Below, piece after piece: positions 17,484-26,124 of a stretch of DNA of 64,000 nucleotides; position 1 is the first letter of the stretch, and each line of letters starts with the position of its first letter. A program made the translations under genes and the position numbers. This DNA is from Leptolyngbyaceae cyanobacterium (GTDB lineage: Bacteria; Cyanobacteriota; Cyanobacteriia; Leptolyngbyales; Leptolyngbyaceae): positions 27 to 64,026 of the forward strand of contig JBGSWI010000009.1 of the NCBI GenBank assembly GCA_041752515.1, in the 5' to 3' direction. Under the pieces are notes generated by a model. That model was not told where the DNA came from. It worked only from the letters and a program-made list of their open reading frames with translations, and did no database searches.

Positions 17484-19067
17484 TTATTTTTTGGGTTTCT
17501 TTGCGGTAGATTTCGTTGTCCCTGACTCTGATTGCTGATTTTTATCTAGCTGATTTTTATCTGTCGGCTCGTTCCACTCACCGTCTGCCTCTGCCGCTCG
17601 TAGTTCAGCCCTTTTTGGCACGGTATACGGGGTAGGCACTAATTCTAATTGTCGCTGAATTGCTTGAGGGTGGGTTTCAGTCCTAGCAGATTGAGCGGTA
17701 GTTTGCCCGTGGCGACGACGCGAAACGTTTTCCTCACTGGTGTTTTCCGCCACCACTTCATACAGCAACGCCAGTTTATTGGGATTATTGCCCTTTCGCA
17801 GCACCCGCCCTAGCCGCTGAATATGTTCACGGGTGGAACCGGTGCCCGACAGCACGATCGCCACGCTGGCATCAGGCACGTCTACGCCCTCGTTTAATAC
17901 GCGAGAGGCAACTAAGCAGCGATAGTCACCTTGTTTAAACTGAGTCAGAATTTCGTGGCGCTCTTTAACGCCCGTTTGATGAGTAATAGCGGGAATCAGA
18001 AATTCCTGGGAAATTCGATAAACCGTGGCGTTGTCGTCTGTGAAAATCAACGTACGTTCAGGATGGTGAGTGGCAAGGAGATCGGCTAAAACGCGCAGTT
18101 TGCCTTCGGTGCCAAAGGCGATCGCCTTCGCTTCGCGGTGTGCCAGCATAGCTTTTCGCCCTGATTTTGAGCGGGCGCTTGCCTGGACAAATCGCTGCCA
18201 TCCCTGAGTGCTGCTCAGGTAAATATCGGCTTCTTGCAAAAAGGCGTTGCGGGTTTGCATTAGGCGATCGTAGCGTTCTCGTTCTTGGGGCGACAGATGC
18301 ACTTTGATCTGCACTGCCTTATGTTTCGCCAATGCGGTGCCCGAAAGTTCTTCGGCGGTGCGGCGATAGAGTTCTGCCCCAATCAGGGTTTGCAAATCGG
18401 CGTGTTTACCGTCGGTGCGCTCTGGGGTGGCGGTTAAGCCCAGGCGATAGGGCGCGATCGCATATTCGGCGATCACTCGGTTAAAATCGCTGGGCAAATG
18501 ATGGCACTCATCAAACACCAACAGCGCATACTGGTTCCCCAAGGTTTCGGCGTTAATTGCGGCGCTGTCGTAAGTGGAAACCAAAATGGGAGTGCGATCG
18601 CGCGATCCGCCGCCCAGTAGCCCAATGTTGGCATCGGGAAAGGCTGCAACCAGGTGAGCATACCACTGGTGCATTAAATCCAGGGTTGGCACCAAGATTA
18701 ATGTGCTGCGCTGCGTTGCCTGCATTGCCAGTTGTGCCAGATAAGTCTTTCCAGCGGCGGTGGGCAAAACGACTACGCCGGTGCGACCCGCTTGCTTCCA
18801 CGCTTCTAGGGCTTCTTGCTGATGGGGGTAGGGAGCCATTTCGAGGCTGGGCACCAGTTCAACTGCTTGAAAGCCTTTGGCGTTATCGATTAGCTCAATC
18901 TCTGCGGCGCGTAATCCTAAAACTAAGCTGCGATACTGGCTTGCCGGAACCCGGAAGCGCTCAATGCGATCGTCCCAAGTCGCATACTCCAACCATTCCT
19001 TGCCGCGTGGTGGTGGATGCAAAATCAAGGTGCCGCGATCGTAGGATAAGGTCGGTTTCCGCGCCAA
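17484..19067 (-). CDS. SF2 DEAD/DEAH helicase, XPB/Rad25-like
   Basis: VLPTAAGKT, FDECHH, GLTATPERTDG, VLNEGVDVP, QRLGRVLR; TTG start at 19067 preceded by AAGGAG. Confidence 0.9.
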   Translation of the reverse strand: MARKPTLSYDRGTLILHPPPRGKEWLEYATWDDRIERFRVPASQYRSLVLGLRAAEIELIDNAKGFQAVELVPSLEMAPYPHQQEALEAWKQAGRTGVVVLPTAAGKTYLAQLAMQATQRSTLILVPTLDLMHQWYAHLVAAFPDANIGLLGGGSRDRTPILVSTYDSAAINAETLGNQYALLVFDECHHLPSDFNRVIAEYAIAPYRLGLTATPERTDGKHADLQTLIGAELYRRTAEELSGTALAKHKAVQIKVHLSPQERERYDRLMQTRNAFLQEADIYLSSTQGWQRFVQASARSKSGRKAMLAHREAKAIAFGTEGKLRVLADLLATHHPERTLIFTDDNATVYRISQEFLIPAITHQTGVKERHEILTQFKQGDYRCLVASRVLNEGVDVPDASVAIVLSGTGSTREHIQRLGRVLRKGNNPNKLALLYEVVAENTSEENVSRRRHGQTTAQSARTETHPQAIQRQLELVPTPYTVPKRAELRAAEADGEWNEPTDKNQLDKNQQSESGTTKSTAKKPKK

Positions 19068-19077
19068 TGAATCTCCT

Positions 19078-19875
19078 TTATGAGGTTGGATCAATGCCTA
19101 GCGATCGCAGTTGGTCTGCCAATTGCGCTGCCCTGGCTTCTGCTGCATCTGCGCGTTGAGATTCTGCCTCTGCACGTTGAGATTCTGCATCTGCGCGCTG
19201 GCGTTCTTGGTTTGCCCGTTCTGCGCCTGTAGGAATCACCGCTCCCGCCGCATCACACCAGCGTAGCCAGCGATCGCGCTTGCCCTCAAAGACTCCATCC
19301 CACAGCGTTAGCCCTAGACCGATTTCTTCAAACCAAGATTCAGTCAAGGCTTGATAGCGATTTGCCCGATTTTCAAACAGATATAAGTCAGCGCTGCCCA
19401 GTTGTCGCAAGGGATCAAACACGGCATAATACCCTACTCCCATGCGGGCATAATCTTGCAATTTACGACCCAATTCGTTGCCTTCCCGGTTGGAAACAAT
19501 TTCAATCACGATATCGGGCGGTTTACCAAATTCCCAAACGAAATAGGTGCGATTTTTCTTTTGTGTCCAATCTTGCGCCACTTCCACATCCAGGCTGACG
19601 AAAACATCAGGCACCAGCGGCGGCTGTTTGATGGCATAAAACACTCCCACATTCGCAGCAGCTAAAAAGATGCGATTCTGCAAAGCAGATCCCTCAGGGG
19701 AATCGCCCAACACACCCTCATTGCTATACAGCACCTCGGTAAGCAGACGCTGCTGTTTCTCGGAAATCAAATTATCCACAGGTGCGTCATCCTCAATCAC
19801 CAACGCATCAATATTGGGTGAGAGATCAAGTTCCTCTGCTGAGAGATCGACTTCTGTTGTTATGCCTTGGGACAT
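19078..19875 (-). CDS. Uma2-family endonuclease with C-terminal coiled-coil repeat
   Basis: PVDNLISEKQQRLL, VPDVFVSLDV, PPDIVIEIVSN, (ESQRA[D/E]A)n tail. Confidence 0.9.
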   Translation of the reverse strand: MSQGITTEVDLSAEELDLSPNIDALVIEDDAPVDNLISEKQQRLLTEVLYSNEGVLGDSPEGSALQNRIFLAAANVGVFYAIKQPPLVPDVFVSLDVEVAQDWTQKKNRTYFVWEFGKPPDIVIEIVSNREGNELGRKLQDYARMGVGYYAVFDPLRQLGSADLYLFENRANRYQALTESWFEEIGLGLTLWDGVFEGKRDRWLRWCDAAGAVIPTGAERANQERQRADAESQRAEAESQRADAAEARAAQLADQLRSLGIDPTS

Positions 19876-19962
19876 TAGTACTGGCTCCCATCACTCTAAC
19901 GCTATAGTAGCGGGTTTAAGAGCACACAGCACAAAATGATCGCCAATCGCCTAGTGGGCAGT

Positions 19963-22509
19963 TTAAAAGATAAAGTCTTCAATCGGCAGTTCTGGAAAGT
20001 CGGGGGGAATCACTTCGCAATCAAGGCTGATCTTTGCACTCTCGCGTTGAGTTTGCACTTCCACCGCGATCGCTTCTAGGCGAATTGCCAAAGTCCCAAA
20101 AGGCACGGTGAGTTGAGTCACGGCTTCTAGTTCATCGTGTCCGTTGGGGAAGAAATCTACCATCCAGCGAGGACCATCCAAGAGCGATCGCGTTTGACGA
20201 TCATTCACCCAGAGCTTGATATAGATCTTGGGCAATAGATTAGGTAGCTTTAGCCGCAGATTCATCGGTCTACCAGCGACGATTTCATCAGTCAAAATCT
20301 CAATCACTGGAACGGGAATCGCTGCATCTTTCGGCATTACCAATGGGTTCGCAAAAGGCAGTTCCAGCGCTTCGCCCCGCTTGGCACGGGAGAGCGATCG
20401 CTGCATCCACTCTTGCCACATGGGGTCATCATCCACGACGACTTCGTGAGTCACCCAATCTTCTGTTGGGGCTTGAGTCACGGCTTCTTCAGTGACCCGT
20501 AAATGCGTTTCAGCGGCAATTTCGGGAGGCACACTTTCCTTTAAGGCGACCAACAGTTCTTCATCGGCTGCCAACACCGAGAGCCGATCAAAAAAGCGAT
20601 CTTGTAATCGGAGTGCTTGAAATGCCGACCTGATCGGAGATGAAACCTCGGCAACGGGCTGGGTGTCTATTGATTGGGCTGCATCCACAAACACTTGCTC
20701 AATCAAAGCCAAAACCTCAGAATCCACATCGCCATCTTGTTGTTTTTCGGTCATATCACCATCGATTTGCGGAGGAGTCTGTTCACAAACCGGCTCTATG
20801 GCAATTATTTCAGCTTCTCCAAGGCTTTGCCCTTCGGATGTCGCCCCCGCCGTTGGTTCATTCAGTTCCTCGACCGGGGCTTCTTGCGCGATCGCCTCTT
20901 GAACGGCAGTCGTGCTGGCGGTTGTTCGAGCGGTGACAATAAAGGTAGGCAGATCGAGCGGACGTTTTGTGCCCGTGGGGTCTGTTTGAGGTTCACTCAA
21001 TTGAGGAGGCAATTCCGACCTTTTGGCTTTTGCAGGTCTGGCAACTTCAGGAGCACTCATTTCTGGCATGGCGTGAAGATTATCCGCAGCCATGCTTGCT
21101 GAGGTCAGGTCTAAAAACGAGAGATCTAGAACAGGCTTGGTTCTAGATCGGTGCAGCCGTTCGCTAAATTCAACCGCCAAATTAGGCAGATCACCGCCGT
21201 CTGGCTCTTGATCGAGCGCTGTTCTCACCCGCTGAAATTCTGCCATCAATTCATCGGGGTTGACGGTAATAGTGAGGGTTGCAGTTTTCAGGGCAACGGG
21301 TTCAGCCTCTTCTGCGGCGGCTCCCCACAGTTCTATTGCTCCGGTCAAAAGATGAGTGGTCGAATGAGGCGGTAGCTCTACTTTGAAATTGAAAGAGTAG
21401 GGCAATCGCTCCGTGGCAAGAGTCAGGCGATCGCTGAAAACCACTTCTGAAGTTTGAGGATTGCGCAGAGAAAGCCGCAGTTCTTGGGCAATCCATCTCG
21501 TTGAAACGGCGATCGCCCGATCTAAATCACCCGATTCACCGTTGAGTGGCTGTTCTCTGTCACGGACGACGGATAAAGTGTTTGCGGGCGCTTGCTGCCC
21601 ATCTTGTACTAGATGACCTACCACTACTACACTGCGTCCAGCACTCGCCTGGAAGGTTTCCGGCTCCAAAACGATCTCTATGGCTCTGGCATCCACCTGG
21701 CTTAAAAGGGTTGACTGCGGCGGCTCTGAATTTTGCCTAGCCTCAGCTAGGTCAGGAGTCACGTTAGACACCTTAGACAGCGATGGATTGACCGATATGC
21801 TAGCAGCCGACATTTGCTCAGTTTCACTGGCACTTGAGGCAGCGCCAAACTCTTGAAACACTTCTTCAATGAGTTGATGAGACAGATGTTCGGTCATCGC
21901 CACCAATCGCTCCATCGACAACCCCAAGGCTTGAGCAATTTCCACATTCAAGGCTACGATTTCAGGCGTAGTGGGAGTCTCTGAAGCGCACACCTCGCTG
22001 CTTGCGATCGCAGAGAGTTCCATGACATCCGGCTCAACCCCGCTGGCTTCAACCCGACTGAACTGCGATTCTGCCGCTGAAGCGGATTCAAGATATTCGC
22101 CCGCTAAATCTTCGGAATCGTCGCCATCCCAATTCTCATCTGAATCCAGCACGGGAGCAAACACCTGCAACCGAACCGAGTGGTGCAGCGTATCGCCGAT
22201 CAAATCTGATATGGGGTCGGGAGAAAAACAAGAAAATTCCCAAATGCCTGAACTAAGGTAGGTGTAGGGAATTACAACCATTAGCCCATCGGCATTGGTT
22301 CGACTAGAGCGCTTTTGAAATCGACGCTTGGGTGGCTCTTCCGCGATCGCCACATGACCAATGCAAATTTGCACTTCTGTATTTGCTTGAGCCAATCGCG
22401 CCACGATGCGATAGCGCCCTTCCAAAATTTCAACATCGGGAGAATCCAGCGGCAGCCAGGAGCGATCGCCATCTTTTTGTACGAGAAACTTCCACTCTTC
22501 CATATTCAC
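19963..22509 (-). CDS. large conserved cyanobacterial hypothetical protein
   Basis: 848 aa; ordered termini (WKFLVQKDGDRSWLPL...; IYIKLWVNDRQTRSLLDGPRW) separated by acidic low-complexity linkers. Confidence 0.8.
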   Translation of the reverse strand: MNMEEWKFLVQKDGDRSWLPLDSPDVEILEGRYRIVARLAQANTEVQICIGHVAIAEEPPKRRFQKRSSRTNADGLMVVIPYTYLSSGIWEFSCFSPDPISDLIGDTLHHSVRLQVFAPVLDSDENWDGDDSEDLAGEYLESASAAESQFSRVEASGVEPDVMELSAIASSEVCASETPTTPEIVALNVEIAQALGLSMERLVAMTEHLSHQLIEEVFQEFGAASSASETEQMSAASISVNPSLSKVSNVTPDLAEARQNSEPPQSTLLSQVDARAIEIVLEPETFQASAGRSVVVVGHLVQDGQQAPANTLSVVRDREQPLNGESGDLDRAIAVSTRWIAQELRLSLRNPQTSEVVFSDRLTLATERLPYSFNFKVELPPHSTTHLLTGAIELWGAAAEEAEPVALKTATLTITVNPDELMAEFQRVRTALDQEPDGGDLPNLAVEFSERLHRSRTKPVLDLSFLDLTSASMAADNLHAMPEMSAPEVARPAKAKRSELPPQLSEPQTDPTGTKRPLDLPTFIVTARTTASTTAVQEAIAQEAPVEELNEPTAGATSEGQSLGEAEIIAIEPVCEQTPPQIDGDMTEKQQDGDVDSEVLALIEQVFVDAAQSIDTQPVAEVSSPIRSAFQALRLQDRFFDRLSVLAADEELLVALKESVPPEIAAETHLRVTEEAVTQAPTEDWVTHEVVVDDDPMWQEWMQRSLSRAKRGEALELPFANPLVMPKDAAIPVPVIEILTDEIVAGRPMNLRLKLPNLLPKIYIKLWVNDRQTRSLLDGPRWMVDFFPNGHDELEAVTQLTVPFGTLAIRLEAIAVEVQTQRESAKISLDCEVIPPDFPELPIEDFIF

Positions 22510-22971
22510 CTTTACGGACTGCGCCGCTGGATTAACGACTCAAAAAACTACATTTAGCGTTCTTCAAATGGAAAATAGCGCCTTTGAAGGCATAGCATAC
22601 TAGATGTTGTCGAAAAGTAGATATTTTTTACAAAAATTTATAAGTGGTGCATTTTAGCTTGACCAGTGTAGGTCGGCGATCGCGATCCGGCGAACATCGA
22701 AATATTTTGTTACAAAATAGCCGCTATCGCTCACTAGGACAACGATAACAGCGCCATAAACTAACAGCGCCATAAACTTCGCGGGGTTCGATCTCGAAGC
22801 CCAAATATGATTTTGCTTGCCTCGCATCTTTCCAAAAACTTGAACTGTTTTAACTGTGGGATCTAATTCATCCACCGCGGGTTCGCAAGGATTGCGATCG
22901 CCAGAAATTAGAAGTGTTATTTTCAGGGAAGGACGATCGCTCTCTTTCCGATCTCACCCAAATCTTGCTTT

Positions 22972-23643
22972 ATGCCGCAATCAGAACGCAAATCCTGGGA
23001 TGCGGGGCGATTCCTGCAAACCCTCAATTTTTTCGACTCTATTCCTGTCGTTAGTTGGCTTCAGCATATGGTTTTTGGCTCAACTCCACCGCCGCCGCCC
23101 CAGCCCCAAGCAGGGCTAATTTTCGATTTTAGCCAGCCATCCTCGGCGCTCAACCTAGTTTGGGGCGCACTGGATGATGTGGTCATGGGCGGGGTTAGCG
23201 CCAGTTCGTTTCAGATGCAACCCGATGCTGCCTTGTTTACGGGCAACGTTTCTACCGAAAATTCTGGTGGGTTTGCCTCCGTTCGCACCCGCAATTTTGA
23301 CCCGCCGCTCAACCTAACCGGGCATACTGGCATTGAGCTACGGCTGAAGGGCGACGGGCAACGCTACAAGTTTTTGGTGCGGGATGAAGATTCCTGGGAC
23401 AGCCTTGCCTACACCTACTCATTTGATACGGTGCCAAATCAGTGGATCGAGGTGCGGATTCCGTTTAACCTGATGACTCCAGTCTTTCGGGCGAAAACGG
23501 TTGCCGGTGCTAAAGCATTGAATACTGCACGCATTCGATCGCTCCAACTAATGCTGAGCAAGTTTGAATATAACGGAGCGCTGAATCCCAATTTCCAGCC
23601 CGGTGAGTTTCAATTGTGGGTGAGGGCGATCGCGGTTTACTAA
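22972..23643 (+). CDS. CIA30 (complex I intermediate-associated protein 30) family protein
   Basis: WGALDDVVMGGVS, NSGGFASVR, GDGQRYK, LMLSKFEYNG. Confidence 0.92.
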   Translation: MPQSERKSWDAGRFLQTLNFFDSIPVVSWLQHMVFGSTPPPPPQPQAGLIFDFSQPSSALNLVWGALDDVVMGGVSASSFQMQPDAALFTGNVSTENSGGFASVRTRNFDPPLNLTGHTGIELRLKGDGQRYKFLVRDEDSWDSLAYTYSFDTVPNQWIEVRIPFNLMTPVFRAKTVAGAKALNTARIRSLQLMLSKFEYNGALNPNFQPGEFQLWVRAIAVY

Positions 23644-23661
23644 TATCTTCAATTGCAAGCT

Positions 23662-25002
23662 TTATTCTCGTAAAAAAGTAAAGCTGACATACACTGCCAA
23701 CACGACGAGTTGCAACCCCATGGTCGGCAGTCCGTAATAGAGGAAGCGCTGAAACGAAATCGGCTTACCGTGCTGCTCGGCAATTCCCGCAGCGACGATG
23801 TTAGAAGATGCCCCTACTAGCGTTCCGTTGCCGCCCAATGTTGCCCCATACATCATGGCGTAAAACAGGGGTAATACTTCTGGTGGTAACTGACCCTCAA
23901 AGCCAGGAGCCAAAATTTCATTGCCGACCAACCCGGCATTAACTATATATTCTTTGAGGAGAGGAACCATCGCCACGACTAAGGGAATGTTGGGCACCAC
24001 GCTGGAAAGCAAGCCGACCGCAAACAGCAGAGCAATAGCCCCCAGCGCCACGTTTTTACCGAGCAGAAACGCTAATGCGATCGAGCCACTGCTAACTACG
24101 CCTGTTTTTTGCAAGCCGCCAATCAACACAAAAACACTCATAAAAAACAACAGCGTACTCCAATCCACATCCCGCAGAATGTTATTGATGGTATCAATTT
24201 TGCTCTGGTGGGCAAGCATCAGGCAAAGCGCTGCACCCAGCAGCGCTACCGTTGCCGGAGAGACGGGCACGGGCAAGGTTGCTCCCACTACAAAGAAAAT
24301 CAGCACCAACAGCACGATCATTGATCCGAATAGCAGCATACGGGGATGATTGATTTCGGGGCGGGGCAAATTATCTAGACTAGCAAGTTCGGTACGCCAG
24401 ATTTTTTTGAATAAAAACGGCAGGGTTGCCACCACGACTAGCACTGAGATCGCGCCGCCCAAACTCAACTTTTGCGCATAATCGGTGAAGCTCATATTGA
24501 TGGAGGTGCCGACAATGAAGGTTGCCGGATCGCCGACTAGGGTTAGCAACCCTGCACTATTTGCCACAAACACCATCAAAATCAACAGCGGCACAAAATC
24601 AACGCCAATTTCTGCGGCGAGCGGCGGAATTAAGGGTGCTAGCAACATGACTGTGGTGGCGTTCGGCAGCACCGCGCAAATCGGCGTAGTAATTGCCACA
24701 ATGCCCAACAGCAACCGATTGCCTTTTCCTTTTGCCAGCAGCACCATTTGAGTTGCCAAATAATCAAATACTTGGGTGGGCTGAAATGCACGAACCATCA
24801 CCATCACACCGAAAAATAAACCGAGCGTGGTGTGGCTTTTGGCGATGTAAGCGATCGCTTCATCCAGCGTCAAAATATTTAACAACACCAGCAGTAATGC
24901 CCCCAACATCGCGGCGATGGTGAGATGCAGCCACTCCGTCATCACTAGCCCAATCACCCCGCCAAAAATCATCAATGCCGCGATCGCTTGCCAGCTTTCC
25001 AT
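23662..25002 (-). CDS. ArsB/NhaD (IT superfamily) ion transporter
   Basis: about 11-12 hydrophobic segments; LPNATTVMLL, ANSAGLLTLVGDPAT, ATLGGNGTLVGASSN. Confidence 0.88.
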   Translation of the reverse strand: MESWQAIAALMIFGGVIGLVMTEWLHLTIAAMLGALLLVLLNILTLDEAIAYIAKSHTTLGLFFGVMVMVRAFQPTQVFDYLATQMVLLAKGKGNRLLLGIVAITTPICAVLPNATTVMLLAPLIPPLAAEIGVDFVPLLILMVFVANSAGLLTLVGDPATFIVGTSINMSFTDYAQKLSLGGAISVLVVVATLPFLFKKIWRTELASLDNLPRPEINHPRMLLFGSMIVLLVLIFFVVGATLPVPVSPATVALLGAALCLMLAHQSKIDTINNILRDVDWSTLLFFMSVFVLIGGLQKTGVVSSGSIALAFLLGKNVALGAIALLFAVGLLSSVVPNIPLVVAMVPLLKEYIVNAGLVGNEILAPGFEGQLPPEVLPLFYAMMYGATLGGNGTLVGASSNIVAAGIAEQHGKPISFQRFLYYGLPTMGLQLVVLAVYVSFTFLRE

Positions 25003-25210
25003 AACGCTTCCTCTTGGTTAGAATAAATCGCTAAACGAGTAATAATGTGCGCTCAATGGGCAATTCAGTCAGCGATCGCAGCAAAAACCACTGCTAAATT
25101 CATTAGCAACATCAGGGCACCTCGCATCACGAGCAGGTACAAAAACTGAGCAGTACAAGCAAGAGACACTGGCAAGCCAAAACATTTGGTAAAAATGTTG
25201 ACTTCTTCAG

Positions 25211-25402
25211 TCCTCTCTCAATGCTGACGGAGTTAGCTGACGGGCTAGGGCTGAGAGATGCCCCCTTAAAAAAATTCTAAATTCTAGACTTTGAGCCGTG
25301 AATTCAGTAGACATTCCTGGCTAATCTAAATTCAAAATTCTAAACTCGAAAATTTTTATCAGTTCGCCCCAAAAAGTGGTTCCTCCGTTTTGCTTGAGCA
25401 AT
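25211..25402 (-). promoter_or_regulatory. c-di-AMP (ydaO/yuaA) riboswitch
   Basis: minus strand reads GCTCAAGC..CGGAGGAACCA..GGGGCGAAC..[insert]..AGGGGGCATCTCTCAGCCCTAGCCCGTCAGCTAACTCCGTCAGC..GAGAGAGG, matching the ydaO consensus blocks in order; upstream of an ion transporter. Confidence 0.85.
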
Positions 25403-25917
25403 TAATGGGTAATTGACAAAAGCAAATTAAGCTGGCTTCAGTTATTGGAAGAAACTTAACACACTCTCCTCATCTTGGGTCGTTTTGTTCAGCAGTATGT
25501 CAATATTTTCGTAGAGAGCGATGCTTTCGATTTGAGCTTCAAAAGCGCTCCACGACGAGGTGGCGCTAGGATCATTATATTGTGATGCCAGCTATTAATT
25601 GGCAGTAGCTTTGATTGAAATCAAGCTTATGGTCTTGAAGCAAATGCGACTCCAGTTCCGATATTCACTGGATAGACAATCTACACAGTCATTGAGTTTT
25701 TGCTTTGTGTCAAAACTTTGCCATCTGGGCTTTTCGGAATTATGTTCGTCTGCCATGAACAACTATCAAAAGTTTGGATATAAAAGGCGAGATAGGGCGC
25801 TACCCATTCCTGTCTCATCCCGTTTTGAGTATGGTAAAAGCTTTACTCAGCCACGGTTCCAGGCTCAGATCTGTCGCATCCTTCGTTTAAATGGGTATCA
25901 GTTTGGCAACGCCTAAC

Positions 25918-25950
25918 AAAAAAGGGAGAGGCGCTAAGCGTCTCTCCCTA
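25918..25950 (-). terminator. intrinsic terminator
   Basis: minus strand AGGGAGAGACGC-TTA-GCGCCTCTCCCT stem-loop followed by a T tract. Confidence 0.7.
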
Positions 25951-26124
25951 TCATCAGGGTGCATCTACTAGACATAGTATGCCACCTTAGGGGTGGGGGG
26001 TGTCACCCCCTATTGATGTTTTTTTCGTAAAGAAATCTCTCTTATATTCCGTGCTTCTATGAAATGTAGAAATTTTGTAGAATGCATCTAAGCTTGTAGA
26101 GCCTAGCAGAGCAGGTTTTTCAGC

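Noticed and set aside
19100-19230. 21-nt tandem repeats at the end of the Uma2 gene
   Set aside because: Ordinary coiled-coil (ESQRADA)n tail common in this family.
5148-19875. Two Uma2 endonucleases as a defence system
   Set aside because: Uma2 paralogues are abundant and scattered in cyanobacteria; neither has a modification or partner gene here.
22654-22875. 73-aa minus-strand ORF with a hydrophobic stretch
   Set aside because: No family recognised, competing overlapping ORFs, lies in a probable divergent promoter region.
25599-25916. 105-aa + strand ORF
   Set aside because: TTG start, no recognisable motif or hydrophobic pattern; probably non-coding.
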